Shown piece after piece: positions 40,338 through 53,300 of a stretch of 64,000 nt of DNA. The DNA is from Balanoglossus misakiensis (taxonomy: Eukaryota > Animalia > Hemichordata): contig CM082587.2 in NCBI GenBank assembly GCA_040954595.2, positions 402,617-466,616 on the forward strand, read 5' to 3'. Under the pieces are notes generated by a model that was given only the letters and a program-made list of their open reading frames with translations, made no database searches and was not told the origin of the DNA. A program made the position numbers and the translations under genes. Within the stretch, counting starts at the first letter, position 1, and every line of letters starts with the position of its first letter.

Positions 40338-41600
40338 TCACCTCACTGGTTTGCCAAAATAATCTCCATATTTGTTCTTCTCTACTGATGATGGTTCATC
40401 TGGGATCTGTTTGCTTGTGTCAGGTGATGAATTTTGCCTTTGTAAGAAGTTCAGCTGTGATGATTTGATCTTCCCTGGACTCTCTGCTGTCTTCAACCAA
40501 GTTTCTTGACACTGTCTTGAGGAGACTGAGGTTGCTATGTAACCAAACACGACAGCACTTACTGAAGAGATGACAAAATGGAATAAGACAAAATTCGTTT
40601 AGACTGCATTAAGAGACAAAATCTTTAACTTCTGACCATATTTTGGTTACTAATAACATACCAACTCACCTGCAGAAAAGACTATGTTAAACTTTGCTGG
40701 AATTGGAAGTTTGTTTTTAAGATAAAGATAACCCGAATATCCTGCACCAGCACCTAAATGGACAGATATTAACAACACACATTAAGTTTATTTCTACATT
40801 TAAACTGATTTCACTGATGTCATTGTTAGAAAAGAATAATGGAAAATCTCAATTTATTTAAAAGCATAAAAATATACTGGTACATAATTTTTAAAACTTG
40901 AAAACTCTATGACTGCTCACTAAATGACTGTATCTGTCATGTATTGACAGACAATGCTATACAACAAGCACTCACATGATACAACAACAAATACTGGAAA
41001 TTTCATTGCTTACCTACAGCGGTAACACACATGCCAAATACAAATGCTTTAGACTGGCAAGCTGTGTAGTTCTCCAGACCCTGTAGAAACAAATACTGGA
41101 CATTATAATGAAGTTTCTGGGCAACTCAAGGTAGAAAGAATACTTAAGAAACCCCCATGTAGACATGCCATTGTAGAAAGTCACATGCAGCCGCGTGCTT
41201 TCCTCATGAGATGACCTTTGCTGGGTCATCGCTGCAGTCGTCTCCTAGGCAACAGCAGTGCCAGTCGGATGAAGACAGCATGCAGAGGGAAACCAGCAAC
41301 TGTACAGAACACGGTCACTCCAAAAAGTCAAGCGTGGAGTGACGGTGAAAAGACGAAGCATTACAGGCCGATTTTAATAAGATTGTTCGAGAGTACAACT
41401 TGAATGTGGCATGTACATGTATGTTGATGTGCGTGTTGACATCACTGACACTACTTCAAAAACACCACACTTCTCCACATTACTTTGTACAATGCGTGTG
41501 AAATGTGTTGTCAGTGAGTTTAACTGACTTTTCATGTCGCCCTTACCGGATATTTCTTGGCCGTGTTATCGTCAACCTCGCTAAGACCAACACGAACCAT
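40338..41600 (-). CDS. TMEM141: Transmembrane protein 141, 4 exons
   Basis: Exons 41600-41547, 41080-41014, 40753-40670 and 40561-40338 give MVRVGLSEVDDNTAKKYPGLENYTACQSKAFVFGMCVTAVGAGAGY...CQETWL. This matches the recalled human TMEM141 N-terminus [31 protein letters not shown]. Confidence 0.88.
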
Positions 41601-41697
41601 ATTGCTAAGAGTCAGCTGTTAACCGGAAGTTCACGTTTCATAATAAATATCGCCCTCACTGGACAATCTTAACTAGTTATTTTGTTTTATATATTAA

Positions 41698-41871
41698 AGG
41701 TATACGGTCACCTCCAATTTACATATCGCCATATATAGTTGAAATGGCGTATTTGAGTGTTCTAAAGAACGCTTTATTTTCGCGTGTGCCACCCACTGAA
41801 AATCTGTGATTGGTTAGATCTCGATTTACCATGGTAACTGTGGCTAAATTTGTATAGGTGACCGTATACCT
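41698..41871. mobile_element. Short MITE, Kolobok-like (TTAA flanks, AG...CT termini)
   Basis: Perfect 16-bp TIR AGGTATACGGTCACCT (41698-41713) and AGGTGACCGTATACCT (41856-41871), flanked by TTAA at 41694-41697 and 41872-41875. Confidence 0.8.
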
Positions 41872-42534
41872 TTAAAGTGCTTCTCGTAAATCTATGTAAA
41901 CGAACAAAAATCATCATTGTAACCACAATGACAAAAGAAAAGATGCACTGCAAGTTGTAAAAAGAACAGAAATAGTTTATTGAATAAACGGAATCGAAAC
42001 AAAGTACCATTTATGAATAATAGAATTTAGTACATCATGAAACAAGATGCACCTTAGAAAAAGTTTTATTTAAATTGTATATAATGGTGGCTTCTTCAAA
42101 AGTTAGAAATCATGTTTGGGATTAGTGTGATTTAAGCCAGATTTATTTGTTATTGCAAAAAAGTAGTTTTTCAATTTCAAATTTAAAACTTTAAGACTCA
42201 TTCGTTTCCTGTATTTCAAGAAGACAGTGAAAGAGACAGTAGTCATCCATCACCTGCAGTGGACTTGTCGCCATTCCCTTCGAACTTGCAGCATAATTTA
42301 AGTATCTTTGGAAAAAAACAGTTTCACGCTATTCTAATTTCATTACTACTGCGTTTCGGTTTCTGTGTTATTGACAACCAGATTTCTGTCAATTGTCTGA
42401 AAGATGTTGCATCTTTACACATACAACCAGAAGTACTCTTCAAATGATATCCGTCTTGGCATGTAAAGGTCACACAGGGGTCACAAAAGTGGCCTATCTT
42501 AAATAAAGTACTTGGAAAAACATTGGAGTCTTCA

Positions 42535-45500
42535 TCAGAGTTCTTCATGTTGTTCAATGGAGTGCGTTTTCTTCCACAAAGCAGAGGCTTCTGTATCACT
42601 GATGTAGTTGGGTTCTCCAGTGTAATGGGTCGGTTCTACCAACAATGGTTCTGCTGACAGAGCTACAAGATCACGTGGCCCAAAGTGCTTGGCCCATTCA
42701 TCCCTGTCAGACAGAAAAAAAACATTTAGGAATGTTACCCTCCTTGCACCAAGTTGTGAGTTTCATAGGATATAGTGTTGTCAATTTGTTTCAAGGCCTC
42801 GTGTCTAGCCACAAACCCTTCGGACTCCTTTACAGTTTATTTACATATTTCTTACCGTCTGTTTTCACAGAGCTGCTTATTATAGATCTGGATACAGACC
42901 ATATTAAGGCTGTTTGTTGACTCTCAAAATAAATGTATCTAATTTTGACATGGAGGCCAGACAGTCCCAAAATAAACTGACGGAAATTTTTTGTCTCGTA
43001 CTGCAATTTTTTTCTTACTCTGGATGTCTGTCGAACATGATTGGCAGGTATTCATCCACAGGCACCATTTTGGGCAAAGGATCACCATTCACTAATTTCT
43101 GTGCCCCTCTTTGTGACAAGATGTACCCCAATGTCCAGTATGTATAATGTGGCCACACAAGACGCTGTGATCCACGGACATAGGACTCCTTCCCACTGTT
43201 TAATCGTTTCCTCCCAATGTATCTACAAAAAAAATAAATCAACAACTTGTGTCAATCACAATGGAATAATTCAAGAACATTTTCCATACATAGGCTATAC
43301 TGGCAAGAAGAACTTCAGGCATATTGTATGAAACAAGTCATCTGAAATAATTCAACTTACACAAGATCCCAGTTGATGTGGAGTTCCTTAAGTTCAGTCA
43401 TAACATTGTCTAACTGGAGTCGGAATTTGTAATGAAATCTGATATCATCCTCGAGGACCATTATTTTACTGTAATTTTTATTCACTGTCTACAAAAGAAA
43501 ACATCAAAATATATATAGAACACATTCCTGAATTTTCATTGACATTTTCTGTTCATCTATGGTCACTTTTCGAGCTCTAGAACTGAAAGCAGAACTACCA
43601 TGCTTGTAAGGCAATATGTCAATTTCAGACCTGTCTACATACAATCTGCAGACCATGGCGACTTTCATTCAGTTTACCTGTACATGTGATGTCTATGGGG
43701 ATCATTTTACAGATGTGAAAGCTCTGGCATTTACACTACATTAGCTCTTACATATTTGCATAATAATAAGTCTGGGTTTTTCGTTATTCAGTGCTTGCTA
43801 TATCACATGACAAACACTGCCCTGACTGGTACAAACAAATGTCTGTGAGCATTTTATTCAATGTGTATCTAACCCTACTTTGCCATATGTCATATTTTAT
43901 AACTTACAATTTCTGCTGGTAGGTCACACACACAAACAGTGACACATACATTCTTATTCATTGAAAACTTCTCTAAAGTGACACCCCATCTACTGTGGTG
44001 GTTTGTTTGTTGGTTGTGACATTCTGTACATACCTCCTGCCAGATCCTGTAATGACTTAGAAAGCATCCGATTTCCCCCATGGTCAACTCTCTTCCATGA
44101 TACGGATCACTGAATCCAGGTAACATTACAATACCCATCTCAGCTACTCTCTCTACTGTCAGATCCCTGCTAATAAAATACAATTATGCAACTTGTAGTG
44201 TTTGTGTCAAAATCAATGCATAGCATTTCCAATTGTTTTCATTGGCAACAAAAAAATAAATCCTCAATGAAAAAGGAAAACTTTACTAACTTTCCATCGA
44301 CTGCTTCAACAAGTTTAAAATCTATTCCCAGCTCTCTCATATTCCAGAACATTCGCTCTCTTCTGTCTTCACGTCGCGCTAAATTTATCATGTAGATTTC
44401 ATCAAAGCCAAGTTTGTCAACTGGTCGCTGTGGTACGGTCACATACTGGGATGTTATCAGTGGCGATCTGTCAACTAGAGGGATTGAACAGTCTGCCTTA
44501 AGTGGAATTATCAATTGGACTTCAACTCAAATGAACTGTCAACAACAATCAGATTCTAATAAAAGACCATAGGTATATCTTGAGGTTAAATCTGCATACG
44601 ACATATGGGTACTGCTCATATCCTAGAATTTTGGTTTGTTTGACAGATGAATCGACCTCTTTAGACCATTAGCAGGTAGCCTACATAGACACAGTGCAGT
44701 GTTTGGAACTTCAGGGTTCCAAAAACTGGACAATTGTAGACTAAAAATTAGATGTCATCAAGGGAATATTACCTTACCCTAGGAACACCTTACCAGATGA
44801 TTCTAATTTAATAAACAGCATCTGTTCAACAGCATCTTCTAATGTTTCATCAATCTCCTGGGGAACAAGCAGCTGGCCAAAATACACAGAGTTCAAAAGA
44901 TACAACTGTACATCTGTTGTTTGGAAGAGAAAATATGGAAATCAGGGTTGGTTGGATTTTGTGTTGTGAAGTTGAAAATGTAGCAGGAAGGAAGATTTCT
45001 CAAAAACAAAAACCAAACTGATGTAAAAAGTTAGAAGTATATATAGTTTAATAATATGTGCAGCTAAGTATACTAGACCATGTTCCTAGAACATATAGAC
45101 TTGTACATAGAACAAATAGACTTTTGGAGCCCATATGGAACTACCCACAATACCAACATTCGTGCCTCCTTAGTTGAGTGAATCACAGATATATACATAC
45201 CTGCCTCCCTAGCTGAGTGTGCAAATGTCAAGATATCATCTATGTCACCACGATATGACTCCAAGGGTGTAAACTGTAACTTTGTTGATGAAGTTTTTCT
45301 AAGATCAACCAGGAACGTTGAGTGTACCATTGGAACAGCAAGGCATCCCTGTCTTTTCCTGTTCAATGTTGGTGAATATTCTGGAGTCCTTCGATAATAG
45401 CCCTGCAGTTAGAAATTAACCAGTCTATTAAATATTGTTTCAAATTTCAATAATTATCTACTATCAAGAATTAGATTCAATATACTTACAGTTTCTGAGA

Positions 45501-47012
45501 TTCCACACCAGAAATTGGAGTATGCTGTTGCTGATTCTAACATCGGTGCTACAACAGTTTTCTCCTGCGACATCAGCCAATCCAGCGTATCTGCCCTTTC
45601 TATGAAGTTATCACAGTCCACAAACTGAAAAGGCAACACACACATATACAGTTGAAATATATCCTATGTGTCAATACTGGCCTGTCATATACACATGGGT
45701 CATATTATACACGTTTGAAAATCAATTTCAGATGCAGATATTTTAGTCATATTTTAGATATTTTTGTTGAAAGTAGATTTTGTTTCCAGACATCATGATT
45801 AAGATTTATTAACACTCGTCTGTCATCTGTGTACATCACTCAAACTCCAGCGCAGAACTAGATTTCAGCTGGAGTCCAATATTAACTAGCGTGTACCACA
45901 ACTTACAAAAATATAATCAGCCCACTGTTTTCTAGCTTCATCAAGGGCTTTCTGTCTAATACTGAGCAAATGATGCAGTCGTTCAGGAGGCCAGTCCATG
46001 GGTCCATTTTCAGATTCAAAGCTACCAGGTTCTTCAGAGTAATGGACATCAATGCGCTGATACATGTGTTTCGCGTTGCCTACCCATTCTTGTAGAATGT
46101 TAGTTGTGTTATCTATGTTATAGTCACTATAAATCCTGCAAAAGACAAAACAATCAGAAAGTTCTTTGTTTTGTTTACTCTTTAATTGATAGTACAAAAA
46201 TTATACCATATTTAAAAAGCAGTATTGCATAATCACTCTAGTAGACACTCTATTAACAAAATGGGTAAGGTGAAATACGTTAAGGTGTTTTGCTATGATC
46301 ATGGAGGTACTAGAGAGATTGAATGTGCAGGGTCTGTATGACGTGTTGCATTTTTACTAGCTGTTTTGTTCCTCTATAAGATGACAAAGACGTTAGACCG
46401 ACGACAAGGAAGGGAAATTGAACAGACATGTATGGAGAGTGTCAGGCCCCAACTCTATATCCGGACACTCCCGTCGCAAAGTGACTTCTTCCGTCTTGTC
46501 CCTTAAAACAGCTGTTTCGAGTGCAAAGGTCAAGTTAAACTTCTTGGAAGAGTTATCGCGCCCCATATCGGATTACGATCGTTATTACGTGCGGGGTCAA
46601 CAGAAAACCACTCAGAGGTCACGTCGGACTGCCACCTCAGCAAATGCAAATGACGTCGAATAAGAAAATCCATTTATAGGGGTCAGGAACGTACTGTTCA
46701 AGGGCAAAGATTAAACGCAAACTTTATAGGAAATAAATAATGAAAACGTACTCACCAAATGCTCATTCGGTCTTTAGGGTACGCTAGTCGATCGATGTAT
46801 CCAAGATAAACGGGCAACGAGTGAGCTTTGTTTCGTGCAATAATGGGAAGGAAAACCGTGGGCTTTTGGAATGAAGTGTCTTCGCCATCATTCTGTGGCA
46901 GTGAGGGTCCGTCAGCTGTTGCATTCCCCTCGAGATCACCCTCGACGGAAAGGACGGAGAGAAGTATAGCTAAAATGGCACAGAAGTCACACAAATGTCT
47001 TGTCCCCGCCAT
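42535..47012 (-). CDS. COLGALT: Procollagen galactosyltransferase (GT25, COLGALT/GLT25D), 10 exons, C-terminal HEEL
   Basis: Exons approx. 47012-46756, 46135-45907, 45624-45490, 45402-45201, 44913-44794, 44474-44291, 44166-44034, 43488-43361, 43222-43019 and 42703-42535. Motifs: [63 protein letters not shown]. Confidence 0.93.
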
Positions 47013-47339
47013 CTCTCTCTCCCATAATCGGTGACTGACTTAGCTCTCAGTTAGTACACCTAGTGTACACGTACCACTGCACGCACTTGCAGCGCAAAAC
47101 TCGATGAACATGCGCCCTCTATCACAGAATAAAACTCTCATTTTGTTTATGGGGAAAGCCTTTGACTTGATCACATGACTCATTGCTTATTTGCATAGCT
47201 AATTTTGAATACTTTCAGCTACGGTGGCAACACAACGCCATCTTGACGCATATCGGTTGCGAGTGCCTGCGATCGGGTACTCTCTGACGTCCAAAGTCCA
47301 TATTTCTGATGGATCTACCACCCGCCGACCGGGTTTACC
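47013..47339. promoter_or_regulatory. Compact bidirectional promoter (COLGALT / PDZ gene)
   Basis: Divergent ATGs separated by 327 bp. E-box TCACATGA at 47171-47178, octamer ATTTGCAT at 47189-47196, YY1-type CGCCATCTT at 47236-47244. Confidence 0.65.
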
Positions 47340-50300
47340 ATGGATGTTCTACAGTTCTCCGGTAGCCCGGCGTTTTCTCCATCGTCGGCGGGGTTAGATC
47401 GCCAAAGCCCCGCCGATCTCGACATCAGCATCGAGGAGTTAGCACTATCGATGCAACATCACTTACTCGGAAACGATGATAATATTAACAACAGCCAGTT
47501 GAATGAAAACTCGATCTTGATTCCAGATAATTATGCGATCAGCAATCAAAACAGTTATTTTAATGGAGATTTTCACAGCGGGAATGTTTCGTCTCCAGGG
47601 AAACCGCCACCAGCGCCCAGTCCTCAAAAGACGTCGTCGATTTCAGGAAAGAAACGCATAACCGTAAGTCAATCCCAACAAAAGGAAATGTTTGTACTTT
47701 CACTAGTCGTCTTTGTCAATGTCAGGCTTGAAGATCGAACCTGTCCACCAGATCACATAAAAATGCAGTTCTTGGAAAACATCTTCGTTCGGAGATGATG
47801 TGTGTAACCTGTGTTGCATTCTACATCATGTACATATCACCATGGAGGTACTAAGATTACCTCCATGATATCATGTACATGTTTATGCATCAATATAAAA
47901 CAAGACACATTCCATTTGGGGACACTGTCTATCTTTTCATAATGATACGCCTGATTGTCAATTACGTAAAAAAATAATAAACTGGTTGATTGGATAATTG
48001 TGTAAAAATTATGATTCATATCAGAGGCTTCATTAGGCTGACAATAAATATGGAATATTTTTAATTGATTTATCATTAACAGTATGGAAACCACTGACAA
48101 TTTGGATATCTAATTGGCATTCATTTTTGATTAAGTGTGAGGTAAATATTTACATATAGAACTTTGAATTGTCTGAAAGGAGATATGGGCTGTATCATAT
48201 TTTAGCATTTGGACAGGCTTTATTCACAAAATGCAAGTTATTTAATGGTTTCCCATTATCATTAGTACCCTATAAAATTCCATGTTGGTGGTTTGGCAAC
48301 TTTCCATACAATCAACCACCTTTGCTACAAATTATTTCATCACATGTCAAACTCAGATGTTATAAACATGAACATGTGTATGCTATCCCGGCATGAAATG
48401 TTGTAATGGGGAATTAATCGCAATCAAAGTGTGATTCCAATCTGAAATTAGATGCTGTCAACCCAATTTCTAAACAATAGGTAGCTGGACATTTGCCAGG
48501 AATACCATTGTTGGCGGTAACAATTGGGGAAACATGCATGCAGTTGGCATAATCACAAAACAAAAACACCAAACCAAGTAGTTAACACCTTCACTAAACC
48601 AAGCTGAAATCAAACATATATGGATGATTTAGTTCCTAACAATTTACTCTTTATAAGTAAACAGTGACTTATAAACCTCAAAATCAACCAGTCATGTTGG
48701 CATACTGAATGTCTATTTTACATAACAAAAAAAACTTTTAAGTTTGTAAATATACATTGAATTCTTTTCTCCATTTCTCCAGTCATGTGATTACTACAAC
48801 TAATCAGAGTAAGGACCAATAATCAGGCATATTGTTGTCCACCATCTTGCTCACTTAGTGGCCTCATAATAATTTAGTAATTTTTGACAGACTAACATTT
48901 AATTTGAATTGATCGGTGTACAGCCTGACTTTATTAACTGGATAAAATTGTCAGTATTTCATTGACTGTATTATAATAGCCGCAGGAATGCCCAGCAATT
49001 GAATTCTGTATTACATGTATGACGCTGTTAGATTCCAGGTGTCTGACTTGCTTGCCATGGCGATGAATTGTGTACTCAGTAAATTGGGACATTCGAGGAG
49101 GGGGGTCAGTACCCGGGGGTCAATTGTTACCTCAGTTTTTATTTGTGTCTCCAAGAATGCTGTAACTGCTCTGTAGTAACTACTATATTACACTTTTGTC
49201 AGTCAGATAAGTCTGAATATAGTTGTCCAACTCTAATTATAGGCCAAAATTCTTCAGGTAGATGTATGTTCATTCTGTTGCACATGTTCATTTCTTAACA
49301 ATAGGAAAAAGTCTTGTTCATTACAGTTTTACTCCAAATCCAACTGTGTATCAAGATTGAAAAATAACTTTTCATTTTTCATTTCAACAGAGTAAATCAA
49401 AATATTCTCAAGGATCAAATCTTACAAATGGACATGATTTTGTCACTCGGACAAAATCTGATCAGAGTTATCCCAGACTTCAATCAAAATTTTATAATGA
49501 CCTCAAAAAGAAGTATCCGAAAGCATTTGAAAGACGCTCCAGCCAGGAGTCGTCCATTAGCGAGAATGAAGCCAGAGACAGAGTGGACATCTCTCCGGCC
49601 AAAATTTTGGTTAAAGCAGAAGAGAAGGAAAATTCACCTCTCAGTCAAGGTCGGTCGTCCCCTGGGAAAAGACGGACCAGTCTGGAAACTGCGCGATCAT
49701 ATCTGAGTCTTAGTCGACAGAGTCTAAATCTGTCTTCAGATGATAACAAAGGATACAACTCTGAATCAGAATCCAAGACTCGGCTCAGGTCAAGATTGCA
49801 CCAAAATAGTGAAAAAATGCATGAACTTCTACACAAGCCAAACTTTGCCAAGTACCGGAGTCAAGAAAATCTTAATTCCATTAATTTTTCCAGTTTGGAT
49901 TATGGGAATGGCTCACAGCATCCAATCCACAAATACTCAAGTGTAGATAATATACTTTCAACAAGTCACAGAAAAAGCAGTGGAAATTATGAATCTTCCC
50001 ATGAAATTGACAGTGCAGTTGACGTTGGTGAAAGTACCCCACGTCATTCTCATCAAACACACAATAACAGTGGAAGTGCTTTGCCGGGATATTCTTTACG
50101 GAGATATTCCAGTGGGCCTGTTTACAACGGACATCTGTCTGCATCAGATACAGAAAACGGTTACGTTCACAAAGGTAAGCAGAATGTTTCAGTGCTGCAT
50201 TCAGGCTTTTGACCTTGTACGTGTATGTCTGAAGATGAAATGGAGACTTTGCCCCCCAAAATGGTGCGTTTGTTGTCAATGTGGCGGACAAAGAAACCAA

Positions 50301-53300
50301 ACAGGTATTGATGGGTGTGTTGGTATTCGACTTTCTTAAAAGGGATCTAGAGAAGACATGGTAGAACTTGTGCTGGAGGTGTTGTGATGGCTTCTTGCCA
50401 ACAATCGACAAACTTGCGGTGATTGTCTGAAAGATACCGCCTATACAATGACTTTCTTGTCTATTCTTGAGTTATACAATAGAATGTTGAAAGTTCTAAA
50501 GCAAACCAGTCGGATAGTTATGCGTTGATGTAACTTTATTTCCCTATTGTGTTTGTGCGGTTTGTAGTCTGAGAGTTACGCAGCTTGACTGCATTCTTTC
50601 ATTGCCAGCCCTCTTGCACGAGTATTCTGGGTTAGACAACTTGCAAATGTAGTGCAATATAAACTGCAGGTGCACAAAATCAAGTTGACCCTTGACAAGC
50701 ATTATGTGTTGTGTGCCCTGGAATGTTGAAAGTTAATACATCCTTTGCATAGACTCAGTGTATGTACCTTGCATTGATCCGAGAGGACCTCATTGTGATC
50801 CTCAAACACAACTAAGCATTGGAAAAGAAAACTGTAAAGTGCAAATACATTATCACTATATGAGTACAAGGCAAGGCAGCAAGTGTAAACACAATCAAAG
50901 TTTCATGAACGACAGACGTCAAATTAAAATTCACTGTGGCTTACAGGTCTTGATCCTCTGATTTCATTACAAAAAACAAAAACAAGTCGATCAGACCACT
51001 TGATTCAAACCTTTCAAAACCTGTATTCCCTAGTTTGAATTGAACATGAGTAATTATAGCATTAAGGCTTCGCTAAATTGCAGTTTGCAGACACTCCATT
51101 GTTTGGGTGTTTGTCATCTCTGTTTCTGTTTCGGCACCTTGCCAAATGGCATGTAATTTGCAAATGAATTTGTTTCCATTTCTGGTGTACACACAGGATA
51201 TCACACAGCAGACAGCGATGGCGATTCTGGCATCGGGAAATATGATCTTAGACACAGATACGCAGCTAGTGAATTGGATCTACATGGACAACACAGGTAA
51301 GACCACATCACAGTAACATACATGTAGCTCATACCATAACATCCATACATGTAAATGAAGGTAAGACTGTTTTCGATTTAAATTCACATGATGTGCCGTT
51401 CTCTCCTCATTTTGATAATTTATGGAAGCATCATCACAATTTAACATAATTTATGCAGACCTCATTCAATAGCCTCCTATATTTAATAAACCTATTGTTT
51501 GATTGGCCAATCAGAGCCAGGCAATATGTTGCTGTGTGGCAAGGCCAACAATTCTACTCTGAATCCTGAATCCTAGAGTTCACACACACACGTAGAGACA
51601 CATATGGCGTAGAAATGGTAGGCTATGCAGGGGGATTATTATTCGATCAGAATTTTTCACATCCTGATGATGTTTATAGCCAGATGTCGGTAGAACCAGC
51701 TAAACTGTCTCGTAGGTATGTAGAGTTATTGCGTTGCCATCTATAATTTTAATTTCTCCTTTGCTGTGTGGCATGACACAGTAATCTATTTTGGACATGT
51801 TGTGATGGAGCTGTTTTCAATCAGGGTTCTGTGTAAATATTGTGAAATATTCTAATACCCAGGGATATTATTCCAACAAACAATTACTCGTCTGTGTGTC
51901 ATGTGCAAAGATTGTGTCATACAGTTTCACGTTTTTGTGTTTCGAAAAATGGACAAAATAAAACACTGACCTCTCCATGGCCATTGCATGCAAATTGAGC
52001 TGAAATTCTAAAGTCTCTTATTAACACAACAATACATTCACTGGTATGTTACATCAACTGGTTTCTCACTTGTTGTGTTGATGGAGAGACCAGCAAACAC
52101 TTCTCTCGACCTCAGTTTTCGTGCGTGTCACTTTCGTTTCAGTGGCAATGCATGGAAATGAACAAAAAGTGAAATTTATTTAATGGTGCTAATTAAAACT
52201 AACAAAAAGAGGGCTTGTTAAATTTGTTATGAAATGGATGGGGAATGGTATATGGGTGTTGGTGTGTGATAGATTGATGCTTTGTCCACCACTGTTAATC
52301 TGATCAGTTTCATGGTTTAGGTTAGAAAGAGTGAATTATTTCTGTGAAGACTGATGGTGTTTGGGTGTGCCAGTTATAAATATTATCTTGCACAACCATG
52401 CTGGGACATTTTCACAATATCATTTCCTTTCTGATGTAGTCATTACACTCACTAGTTTCCCGCTGATTAAAAGGCGTGTTTCCTGGAAGAGTTTATCTTA
52501 AATTTCAACATCCGTTATACTTCATGTTGCATCAGATCAGTCAGTATGTTCTGATATGATATGACTTTCATGGTTTTCATTTACATATTTTTGATATTGT
52601 TACAAGACATTCTACAAAAATATTCCAAAAGCAAAGTAGGATTATTTGAGGCAAAAAGGTCATGCTGCGCAGTATACATTATACCATCCAGACATACATG
52701 TACCCCACCCGGCAGTTTCGGGTTTATAGGGATAAGTTTCCGGTGGAAATCTCCCAGGGTTTCTGACACAGAACCATGGAAGATTCTTAGTCAGACCCAA
52801 GCAGCAAACAGGGACGGATGTGGGAGAGAACTCTAACATGCAACATGGCGAGTGTATACTGCTGCATGAATAAACAAAATCTACCAGTATATTTTAGCAG
52901 AAAGATATTTAACAAAAGTCGTTGTATTTATAGAGAGGATTATTGTCAAGCATTGTTTGATACTTGAAATGCTGCCTTTTCAGTTTGGAAATGAGTCAAA
53001 CTTAATCCTGTCTCTTCCTGATTTACTGTTATACAATTGGATAAACATTTTATCTGCATCTGTATATTTCTGATCAATTTCTTCAGTGTAGATGTACATT
53101 TCATGATTTTTCATGATATCATACATTCATTATGCTTGGTTTCTAACCAACTGTGATAGCAAAGTTGTTCATTTTATGGCTCTTCCTGGTGCAATAACAC
53201 AGACCCAATAGCCAGAAGGATATATAGGTAGTTGTAGAGATCATCATGTCTGGATTGTTTCAACTTGAGATGTTAAACACACTGCATTGTGATGGATGTT

